12,833 bases of DNA from Candidatus Eiseniibacteriota bacterium (GTDB lineage Bacteria; Eisenbacteria; RBG-16-71-46): the NCBI GenBank assembly GCA_031366795.1, contig JANLOX010000135.1, forward strand, positions 1 to 12,833, in the 5' to 3' direction. Position numbers and translations under genes: made by a program. This document shows, one piece after another, positions 1 through 7,699 of the stretch. The notes under the pieces are model-generated. The model ran no database searches. It worked only from the letters and a program-made list of their open reading frames with translations, and was not told where the DNA came from. How positions within the stretch are numbered: position 1 is the stretch's first letter; every line of letters starts with the position of its first letter.

Positions 1-51
1 GGCGGAGACACAGCGGGAAGCCACACTCACTGCGGCACTTCGCTGCGATCA

Positions 52-85
52 GGTCCGCAGTCGCGATTTTCAGCGAATGCGGACC
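52..85. repeat. Stem-loop just downstream of the greA-like gene stop
   Basis: GGTCCGCA (52-59) pairs with TGCGGACC (78-85), and an inner TCGC (61-64) pairs with GCGA (73-76). It lies 8 nt beyond the minus-strand stop at 94. There is no clear U-tract, so it may be a stabilising or REP-like hairpin rather than a classical intrinsic terminator. Confidence 0.45.
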
Positions 86-93
86 CAGACCTG

Positions 94-2784
94 CTACGAC
101 GCCTCGACCTCGGATGCCGGAGGGATTCGCCGCTCGACCGAGACGACACGGTAGTGGCGGCGTTCGTCGCCGTCGCCCAGATCGAGCTCGTCGCCGACCT
201 TGAGCCCCAACAAAGCGCGGCCCACCGGTGCCTGGAACGAAATCACATGCGCACCGAGGTGATGCTCCTCTTCGCCCAAGATCCAGTAGCGCAGGCTGTC
301 CTTCTGGTCGCTCTGCAATTCCACTTCCATGCCGACGCCGACGATGCCCTTCTTGAACTCGAGTTCCTCGACGAACCGCGCGCGCGTCAGGCGCAGCTGC
401 ATCGAACGCACCAGCTTGCTGACGTTCGCCTGCTTGAGCTTGGCCGAGTGGTACTCGGCGTTCTCCTTGAGATCCCCGAGCTCGCGCGCCTTCTGGATCG
501 ACTTGGGGATCGTCGTGCGCAGCTCGCGCTCGAGGCGCTCCATCTCTTCCTTGAGCCGCTGCCACGTCGCGCGCGTCATCACCACGATGTGGGCGTCCTC
601 GGACTGCTGTCCGACGTTGGCGAACAGCTTCTCAGAGTTCTTCTGCCGCGTTTCACGTACCGCCTCGGCCTCGTCGGCCAGGCCCAGCCGCTCCACGGCC
701 TCGATGCAGGGGAACAGGAAGCGGTCGCTCGAGCGCCACTGGCGCATCAGCACGCGGAGCTCGAGCCGCACGGGCCCGGGGCAGACGGTGCCATCGAGAG
801 AAGTGTCGAACAGGTCCTGGGGTTCGAGCCATCGCAGCACCTTCTCGGCGAGCGAGGGCTTGGGCGAAAACTCGATCAGCGCCAGAGCCGCGCGGAACAT
901 CTTCCACCGTTCATCGCTGGGGACGTCTGGTCCCATTTCTTCCTCGATCAACCGGATCGAAGCGCCCGGGTAACGCGGCGCATGCTGCAGCAGTGTATTG
1001 CGGAGTGCGGCGCGCCCGGCGTCGTCGAGGTGCGTGCGCAGGTCCATTGCGCGTTGGCGCACGGTGGCGAAGCGCGAATCGAGCCCGGACAGAATCGCAT
1101 CGGCCTCGACGCCGGCCGCGTGCGAGACGTCGAGCAGCGACAACTGGTCGTCTTCACCCGACATGTCGGAGACGGCAAGCCCTTGTTCCCACAGTGTCTT
1201 GAGCACTGTGATCCATTCTTCCTTGTGATCCGGGTACCAGCGCGAAAAATACAGCCCGGCGCGCGCGCGGTCGGTGGGATCGCCTTCGGCATCGAGCACG
1301 GCGCGGGCGACGTAGCGGCCGAACCGCTTGGCCAGCGCGAATTCCATGTCGGGATGCTGCGAGAGGAACTTGCGCAGGGTGCCGAGGTTGGTGCGGATCG
1401 GCTTGCGGACTTCGAACGCCGGCAAGGGAACGCTCGGGTCGATGTCGTCGGCATCCTCGGCGAGGCGGTAGTGCTGCTCGAAGGCGCGCGTGCCGTCGAT
1501 GCGTGGATCCTTCTCGGCGCCACCGCGGGCCTTGCGCCAGAACACCGTCCACTCGGTCGCGGGGACGATGCTCGAGCCCACGAGGAACACCTTGAGCTTC
1601 TGCGCATCCGCGGCACCGCCGAGCGCCTTCAGCGCGCGGCACATCACTTCGGTCGGCTGCGCGGTCACCAGGGCCTTGAGCTTGGCCGGTTCGAGTGCGC
1701 TCATCAGCCGCAGGTCGTCGTCGGTGATCGGCGTCAACGTGCGGCGCGCGGCGGTGAAGGGCATCTTGTGGCCCTTCGAGCGGGCGAAGTCGATGACGAC
1801 GGTCTCACCGTCGTCGCTCGTCACGCGGCCCGCGCCGAAGCCGGTGTGGTACACGGCGGCGCCCGGAGGCAGCGCCGCGATCGCGTCGAAGCGGTCGAGC
1901 GCCGCATTCATGGGCTTGAGTTCATCGGCGATGCCCGACAGCGTGATGACCGCATCGCCATTGGGCAGCGTCTTCCCCGGGCCCTGGCGGATGGCCTCGA
2001 CAATCGCGGCGCGGAACGCCTCCGCCGCGAGGGCACCCTTGGCTTCGTGCGTCTGCTGCGCGAGTTGGCGGAGTGCCGCGAGGCACTCGCCGGCGCGGCC
2101 ACCCGTGACCACCAGCGGGAACGAGATGTCGAGCAACGCCCGCACTTCCTTCGCCGCCTTGTCGCCCTGGACCTGCGGCAGCGTCTGCACCATGCGGATC
2201 GCGCCTTCGATGTCCTCGTGCTCCACGAACTCGAGCGCCACTTCCTCGAGGCCACTGCTGCGGCCCTCGGCGGCGAAGCGCGGCAACATCTCGGCGAGCA
2301 TCATGCGGCGTTCTTCCGCCTGGCCCACTTCGCCGAGCCGCACGGCCAGCAGCAGGCCGAGCTCGAGGTCGGTGGGGAGGATGGCGAAGGCGCGCTGTAG
2401 CGCATCGATGCGCGCGGGATCCTTCTTGAGTCCTTCGTGCGCCTTGACCAGCAGGCGCGCGGCGGCCTGGCTGTGTTCGATCTCGAGCGCGTGTTCGGCG
2501 ACGGCGGCCAGCGGTTCCCACTTTTTTTCGGCGGCGAGCTTGTCGCCCAGCGAGAGGCAGGTCTGGTGCGCGCGCTCGGTCTCGCCGTTCATGCGGCAGG
2601 CGGCCGCGAGCATGTACTCGACGGTGTGCGGCGCTCCGGCCTGCTTGAGGCGCCCGGCGCATTCATCGCGCACCCAGACGGTCTCGCGTGAACTCTGCGC
2701 GTCGATGGCGAGTTGTTCGAGACGTTCGCGAGAAGCGGGGGAAAGGTCTGTGATCTCCTCGCCCCGGAGGATCAGTGGAAGCAT
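94..2784 (-). CDS. greA: Long-form transcription elongation factor GreA (about 896 aa; large helical N-terminal extension plus C-terminal GreA/GreB domain)
   Basis: The C-terminal ~165 aa match GreA: coiled coil TRATWQRLKEEMERLERE..ARELGDLKENAEYHSAK with the acidic D/E pair, then VGVGMEVEL..YWILG..ISFQAPVGRALLG. An internal motif VYHTGFGAGRV..VVIDF..KGHKM resembles long GreA proteins of the spirochaete/chlamydial type. The start is placed at ATG 2784 (MLPLILRGE), with ATG 2799 as the alternative; the track's 3030 start reads through an inserted repeat element. Confidence 0.88.
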   Translation of the reverse strand: MLPLILRGEEITDLSPASRERLEQLAIDAQSSRETVWVRDECAGRLKQAGAPHTVEYMLAAACRMNGETERAHQTCLSLGDKLAAEKKWEPLAAVAEHALEIEHSQAAARLLVKAHEGLKKDPARIDALQRAFAILPTDLELGLLLAVRLGEVGQAEERRMMLAEMLPRFAAEGRSSGLEEVALEFVEHEDIEGAIRMVQTLPQVQGDKAAKEVRALLDISFPLVVTGGRAGECLAALRQLAQQTHEAKGALAAEAFRAAIVEAIRQGPGKTLPNGDAVITLSGIADELKPMNAALDRFDAIAALPPGAAVYHTGFGAGRVTSDDGETVVIDFARSKGHKMPFTAARRTLTPITDDDLRLMSALEPAKLKALVTAQPTEVMCRALKALGGAADAQKLKVFLVGSSIVPATEWTVFWRKARGGAEKDPRIDGTRAFEQHYRLAEDADDIDPSVPLPAFEVRKPIRTNLGTLRKFLSQHPDMEFALAKRFGRYVARAVLDAEGDPTDRARAGLYFSRWYPDHKEEWITVLKTLWEQGLAVSDMSGEDDQLSLLDVSHAAGVEADAILSGLDSRFATVRQRAMDLRTHLDDAGRAALRNTLLQHAPRYPGASIRLIEEEMGPDVPSDERWKMFRAALALIEFSPKPSLAEKVLRWLEPQDLFDTSLDGTVCPGPVRLELRVLMRQWRSSDRFLFPCIEAVERLGLADEAEAVRETRQKNSEKLFANVGQQSEDAHIVVMTRATWQRLKEEMERLERELRTTIPKSIQKARELGDLKENAEYHSAKLKQANVSKLVRSMQLRLTRARFVEELEFKKGIVGVGMEVELQSDQKDSLRYWILGEEEHHLGAHVISFQAPVGRALLGLKVGDELDLGDGDERRHYRVVSVERRIPPASEVEAS

Positions 2785-2901
2785 GGCGCGAACGGACATA
2801 TAGGGCCTAGCGTTAGGATGGTCCTGCTTGAGTTGGGGCAGGAATACTGGACGAACGGAGCGGGCTTGGCAAGGCGGCTTGTTGCGGAACGGTTCTCGCG
2901 C

Positions 2902-3106
2902 CTGAATCGTTTCGCATGAATCGGCGAAGGACTTGCAAAACGTGAGACCTGCCTTTGTTTCTGAGGTTGTCGAGGTAAAGCAGCCCAGAGACAAGGAGAT
3001 CTCACGATGGTGCAGCCCCTGATGGCTCAAGGTCCGCTTCAGCGAGGCCGAGCATCATGCTCGAATCGCTTGAAACTTGCTTCGCCGATTCAGGCGAAAC
3101 GATTAG
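2902..3106 (+). mobile_element. MITE / internally deleted IS remnant (left), about 205 bp with 25-bp terminal inverted repeats
   Basis: AATCGTTTCGCATGAATCGGCGAAG (2905-2929) matches the reverse complement of CTTCGCCGATTCAGGCGAAACGATT (3080-3104) at 24/25 positions. Inside, a hairpin (2953-2996) overlaps AAGGAG (2993-2998), which precedes ATG 3007. No transposase ORF is present. Confidence 0.7.
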
Positions 3107-3466
3107 TGCGGTGTCTATTGGCGGGGATCAAATCATTGGGGCATTAGGGTTGCTTTGCCCTGTCAGCGCCGGGCTAATTGTCTTGACGGAGCGCTCGCGC
3201 GGGCGGAGGATTCAGAAGCTAGGATTCGGAGGGCGATCCGAACGGGAAGCCGCCTCCTCGTACTCCGTTATACGATCGTTCTCGCGAGCTGCATCGATTG
3301 GCTTGGTGCCACGCGATTGGGACCGGGACACAGAAACTCCGCAGCCCGAGGGGCTTTGTCCTCCGCTTCGGATCGGGAGATTCCAATTGTCGGCTTGGCT
3401 TCGGCCCATCGTGGTCGACGCCGAAGTCCGATGGCCAATCTTAATCCAGCGAGCGGGTGACACATC

Positions 3467-6400
3467 ATGCGTTCCTCCCCTAGTCCGCGAATGGCTCCCC
3501 GGTTTGCGCGCCGCTTGAGGGCAATTCTATCTGTCGTGGGATTTATCGTCGCAGCACTCACCCCCACGCACCCCCAAGCTGCTGGCCCGCCGCATCTCAA
3601 GGGCAAATGGACCACGCCGAACCCTGCCGCGTGGGATTCGTTCACCACGACTGGGACCCTAATTAGTGGTGGAGCGACGCACATGGTGCTGCTCCGCGGG
3701 ACAGCCGATAGCACATGGATTCTGCACTGGCATGATTTTGAATACGGGTACGGTCCGGATCAAACGACCGCGCGGCTATCGTTGATCACGCCCATGAGTG
3801 ACTCCCTTTATGGCAATTGGCCGGTTCCAGAGCTCGTCCGCCTTTTTTGCGCGGGCCACACGCTTCTCAAAGATGGGCGTGTCGCAGTTGTGGGCGGAAC
3901 TACGGCCATCGAAAGTGGGCTGGCGAAATCAACCATTTTCGACCCGACGAAGTACGGCGAGGCGAGCCATGGATGGGTGTCCCAAAGCCCGCTCGTTTAT
4001 GGTCGCTGGTATCCGACCGCGACCATATTAGGAGACGGAAAAATCCTCGCAACTTCCGGCCTGCGCTGCGTGAATATGGTGTCCTTTGGCGGATTGGGAC
4101 CTGGCGCGGTGCCACGAGACTCCGTGAACGTACTGAATTTGCTGAGCACCCCTGCGTGGAATATCGACCCCATCACGACTCAGCGACCCAAGGCGCGATG
4201 GGGGCATACGGCCGTGCTCGACCAGATTCACCAGCAGTACATCATTTTTGGAGGGAACCCTAGCGCCACCAGCATCGATACGGTCAGCGATGTGTGGTCG
4301 CTCGCACGCACCGACGTGGACAAGGGCGTTCGCTGGACGTGGACTCATTTGGACACAGTCGGCCCAGGCTATTTCAAGAATGACCCCATCTATGGTCGGC
4401 CAGTTGGTCGCAGCCGCCACTGCGCCGCCATTATGGGCGATACGATGATCGTGTTCGGTGGCCTGAGGAAGCTGGTCACCACCGGCGTGGCGCTGAACGA
4501 CGTGTGGCGGTTGTTCTTGGGCGAGTCGCCCCCGCGGTGGGAGAGGCTCATGCCGAGCGGCGGTCCTAGCCCGCGGTACGGGCATACGGCGACGCTGGCT
4601 CCGGGGCAGAGCGGGGTCAGATGGCCCCAACCCCGGTTGATCGTGGTTGGAGGCCGCGATATGGGCGTCGGCCAGAGCGCGTTCGCCGACTCGATTCCGT
4701 GGGCCCTGTCGCTGCCGCGGAAGCGTTCTCCTGGAGACCCTGCGCCGCCGCCAGCCGCCTGGAACCAGCTGACTCAGGCGACCGGGATGACGCGCCGCCA
4801 GGGGCACAGCGCGGTGCTGGACGAAAACGCTAGGTCAGGTTGCGGTGAGCAGCGCAGGTCTATCACTGTGTTTGGCGGCGAAGGGCCGGACGGCCTGGTC
4901 ACGAACGATACCTGGATTCTCGACCGCCCCGACTCAACCGAAACCGACACCGTGTGGACCTGGACGCCGTTCCTGTTTGGTGATTCCACGCGCCCGCCGG
5001 CCCGGACACGGCACAGCGCGATTCACGACGTGGAGTGGGACCGCATGCTCGTGTTCGGCGGGGACACCAACGGCTCGGGCACCGCCGGGGGCGAGACGAA
5101 CGATATGTGGGCGGTGAGCCTCAATATGTGGCCCGGCAGTGTCTGCTCTGCGCCGACCTGGGTCCAGATCGCCAGTGACTCGGTGCCGTACGGCCGGATT
5201 GGCCACACCGCCGTATTCGATCCCCGGGACGTATTTGCAAACATCCCCGAGCGGTTCACCGCGACTGGCTCGCCCGCGTGGAAGAGCGTTCCGACGGCAG
5301 CCAAGCGCCAAGAGCTTTACCCACACACATTCCTGCATCGGAGCGGGCGGGTATTCTTTGCGGGTAACGAGGGCGACACGAAAAGCGCGATGCTAGATTC
5401 AACCTCGATGACCTGGGGGAATACGAGCAGCAGCGGGTTCTACGGCGGCTCCTCGGTCCAGTACTCGCCCGACTCGGTGCTCAAGTGCGGTGGGTCCGGC
5501 GATTCTAACCCGACGAAGAGTAATAGCACCGCATACTTGGTACCGTCGACGCCAACTTGGCAGACGGGTTCCTCCATGAATCTAGCCCGCTCATACCACA
5601 ACGTGACGGTGCTGCCGTCTGGCGATGTTCTAATGACCGGAGGTCATTACAAGGACCCCATCAACCAGCAAGAAGTTTACCGAAACGGTACGGAGCTCTG
5701 GAAGTGGAATGCCACACTCGGTGTGAGAACATGGGGCAGCGATACGCTGTCGTCCGACCCAGCCAACCGAGGTTACCATTCGACGGCGCTCTTGCTTCCC
5801 GACGGCCGCGTAATCGCGGCGGCTGGCTATGGACCGTCTCCAACGAGCGAGCTTCGCCCCACGATCTTCTGGCCGCCATACCTGTTCGCCTCGGACGACA
5901 GCCCGGCAGTCCGCGATAGTATCGTCAGCGCCCCGGACTCCATAGTATATGACAGGCCCTTCTCGGTGGGGACCACCACCACCAGCACGGTGAGCAAAGT
6001 GATCTTGATTCACCCAAGCGCGGTGACGCATGCGTTCAATCAAAGTCAGCGGTACGACACGCTGACGTTCACCCGGCAGGGCAATTTCCTGACCGTAAAT
6101 GCCCCGCCATGCGGCACGAATGATCCACCCGGCGATTACCTGCTGTACCTCGTGGACAACAACAGCGTCCCATCGCTCGCGAAGTGGGTGCGTCTGCAGT
6201 TCGTGCCACCGCCGGTGAGTGATTTGGGGGTCGACGTGATCGGACCCGGGTCGATGACGCTGATCTGGACTGCGCCTGGGGATAACTGTCACGGTGGCCA
6301 GGCCGTAGAGTACGACCTGCGCCACGCTATTTACCCGCTTACAGAGCTGAATTTTTACTCGGGCCACCACGACATTACGAACGCGCCAGGTATCCCAGGT

Positions 6401-7699
6401 CAGCCTGACCAGGCCACCGTGGGGAGCCTGCAGACCTGCCTGCGCTACTACTTCGCGCTCAAGTCGCGGATTGAGCCGAACACATGGTCAGCCATCAGCA
6501 ATGTGACTGACGGGTTCAAACCCTGCGGAGGCTTTGGCCCGCAGGCAGGGTCGAGCTCAGCTGGGGGATGGACGCCGGAAAACTCCCTTCTGAATCCTGC
6601 GGCAGGAGCAGGCATGCAAACCGATGAGTATCGCCTCATCGCGCCCGTAACCGGGCTGGAGACGGCCTACGGGGTCCGACTCCTCGAGTCGGGGCCGGAG
6701 GCCACGGGCATTGATAGTATTGCGCTCGTTGCGGTGGACCACAGCCCCGACCGAGAGGTGTTCGCGAAGGCCGGAGCGACCCTGATCGCCACCCGTCAGT
6801 CTGCCTATCGGGTCCTGACGAAGGACGGTACGAACCTGGCCCCTCAACTCACCGGAGCTGGGACCGGGTACGTTGGCCAGCCCGGGACGGCGCTGCTCGT
6901 GCAGCTTGTTCAGGGCGGTACAGTGGCCCAGCGGATGACTGCAGTTGTGCAGACGTCGGCAGGCGGTTCGGTAAACTCTCCTGATTCGGTGGGATTCTTG
7001 GTGCAGGTGGCGGGTGCGACCCAGGGCGCTTGGACGACACGGGCAAGTATCTACCCCCGCATAGGTTTCGACGACTTCGTCATTGACTCGCTACCGGCGG
7101 ACTCCGTCCGGCTGGTGTTCTTGGGACGTCAGCCATTGCGCTACCTGGGTTTGCTCAAGAACGCTAGTGCGGCGCAGACGCAGGTTCTCACGCCTCTCAC
7201 CGCGCGACATTCGAGGCTGGGTGATGTTCTCACTGCCATCGCGAGGAGCGGGGGCACCGCGGCGGTGGTGGGGGCTGGAGACACTCTGAATGTCACGTTC
7301 GCGGCCCCGCCTGTGGCGGCGGGCCTCACTCGAGATCGGTTCCTGGTGGTCCGCGGCACCGCGGTGGCGGTAGCTGCTTCCGCCCTGTCGCAGGGCCCTT
7401 CCGGGGACTTGGCCGCGCCACCGACATTTGCGCTCCTTCAGAGCCAGCCCAATCCGTTCGGGACGAGGACGGAAATTCGCTTCGAACTGCCGCAGAAGGT
7501 GCGGGTTCGGCTCAAGATCTTCGACCTTCAGGGCCGCCTGGTGCGATCGCTAGCAGACGCCGTCTACGGGCCGGGGCGCTGGTCGGCTGCATGGGATCGG
7601 CTGGACGATAGCGGCGGCGTGGCTCCTTCCGGCGTCTACCTCTACCGGATCGAGGCTGGCCAGTTCCAGAGCCGAGGGAAGATGGTGCTCATCCCATGA
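3467..7699 (+). CDS. Secreted galactose-oxidase-like (CAZy AA5) copper radical oxidase with an inserted Kelch propeller, DUF1929-like Ig domain, FN3-like domain, an unknown domain and a FlgD/T9SS-like C-terminal domain (1410 aa)
   Basis: The N-terminus is basic then hydrophobic, as in a signal peptide (..RRLRAILSVVGFIVAALTPTHPQAAG). AA5 motifs: LFCAGHTLLKDGRVAVVGG (Cys128), GRWYPTATILGDGKI (Tyr182), ELYPH, RGYHSTALLLPDGRV (Tyr770/His771), PPYL, AVTHAFNQSQR (His855). Six RxxH...(F/V)GG Kelch repeats span about aa 203-588. An FN3-like PPPVSDL..LIWTAPGD..YDLR segment follows, and the C-terminus reads QPNPF..IRFELP..VRLKIFDLQGRLVR..SGVYLYRI. Confidence 0.88.
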   Translation: MRSSPSPRMAPRFARRLRAILSVVGFIVAALTPTHPQAAGPPHLKGKWTTPNPAAWDSFTTTGTLISGGATHMVLLRGTADSTWILHWHDFEYGYGPDQTTARLSLITPMSDSLYGNWPVPELVRLFCAGHTLLKDGRVAVVGGTTAIESGLAKSTIFDPTKYGEASHGWVSQSPLVYGRWYPTATILGDGKILATSGLRCVNMVSFGGLGPGAVPRDSVNVLNLLSTPAWNIDPITTQRPKARWGHTAVLDQIHQQYIIFGGNPSATSIDTVSDVWSLARTDVDKGVRWTWTHLDTVGPGYFKNDPIYGRPVGRSRHCAAIMGDTMIVFGGLRKLVTTGVALNDVWRLFLGESPPRWERLMPSGGPSPRYGHTATLAPGQSGVRWPQPRLIVVGGRDMGVGQSAFADSIPWALSLPRKRSPGDPAPPPAAWNQLTQATGMTRRQGHSAVLDENARSGCGEQRRSITVFGGEGPDGLVTNDTWILDRPDSTETDTVWTWTPFLFGDSTRPPARTRHSAIHDVEWDRMLVFGGDTNGSGTAGGETNDMWAVSLNMWPGSVCSAPTWVQIASDSVPYGRIGHTAVFDPRDVFANIPERFTATGSPAWKSVPTAAKRQELYPHTFLHRSGRVFFAGNEGDTKSAMLDSTSMTWGNTSSSGFYGGSSVQYSPDSVLKCGGSGDSNPTKSNSTAYLVPSTPTWQTGSSMNLARSYHNVTVLPSGDVLMTGGHYKDPINQQEVYRNGTELWKWNATLGVRTWGSDTLSSDPANRGYHSTALLLPDGRVIAAAGYGPSPTSELRPTIFWPPYLFASDDSPAVRDSIVSAPDSIVYDRPFSVGTTTTSTVSKVILIHPSAVTHAFNQSQRYDTLTFTRQGNFLTVNAPPCGTNDPPGDYLLYLVDNNSVPSLAKWVRLQFVPPPVSDLGVDVIGPGSMTLIWTAPGDNCHGGQAVEYDLRHAIYPLTELNFYSGHHDITNAPGIPGQPDQATVGSLQTCLRYYFALKSRIEPNTWSAISNVTDGFKPCGGFGPQAGSSSAGGWTPENSLLNPAAGAGMQTDEYRLIAPVTGLETAYGVRLLESGPEATGIDSIALVAVDHSPDREVFAKAGATLIATRQSAYRVLTKDGTNLAPQLTGAGTGYVGQPGTALLVQLVQGGTVAQRMTAVVQTSAGGSVNSPDSVGFLVQVAGATQGAWTTRASIYPRIGFDDFVIDSLPADSVRLVFLGRQPLRYLGLLKNASAAQTQVLTPLTARHSRLGDVLTAIARSGGTAAVVGAGDTLNVTFAAPPVAAGLTRDRFLVVRGTAVAVAASALSQGPSGDLAAPPTFALLQSQPNPFGTRTEIRFELPQKVRVRLKIFDLQGRLVRSLADAVYGPGRWSAAWDRLDDSGGVAPSGVYLYRIEAGQFQSRGKMVLIP

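Noticed and set aside
154..2803. Long plus-strand ORFs 154..2400 (748 aa) and 1490..2803 (437 aa)
   Set aside because: They are antisense shadows of the greA-like gene, typical of high-GC DNA, with no recognisable motifs.
2909..2920. GTTTCGCATGAA resembles the XerC arm of dif/pdif sites
   Set aside because: No XerD arm (TTATGTTAAAT-like) follows after a 6-bp spacer in any of the four copies.
2800..3030. N-terminal extension of the greA ORF to 3030
   Set aside because: It reads through the left MITE and intergenic DNA; protein-like sequence begins at ATG 2799/2784.
3057..3518. 153-aa ORF upstream of the oxidase
   Set aside because: It begins inside the MITE, overlaps the oxidase start, and has no motif or RBS; probably spurious.
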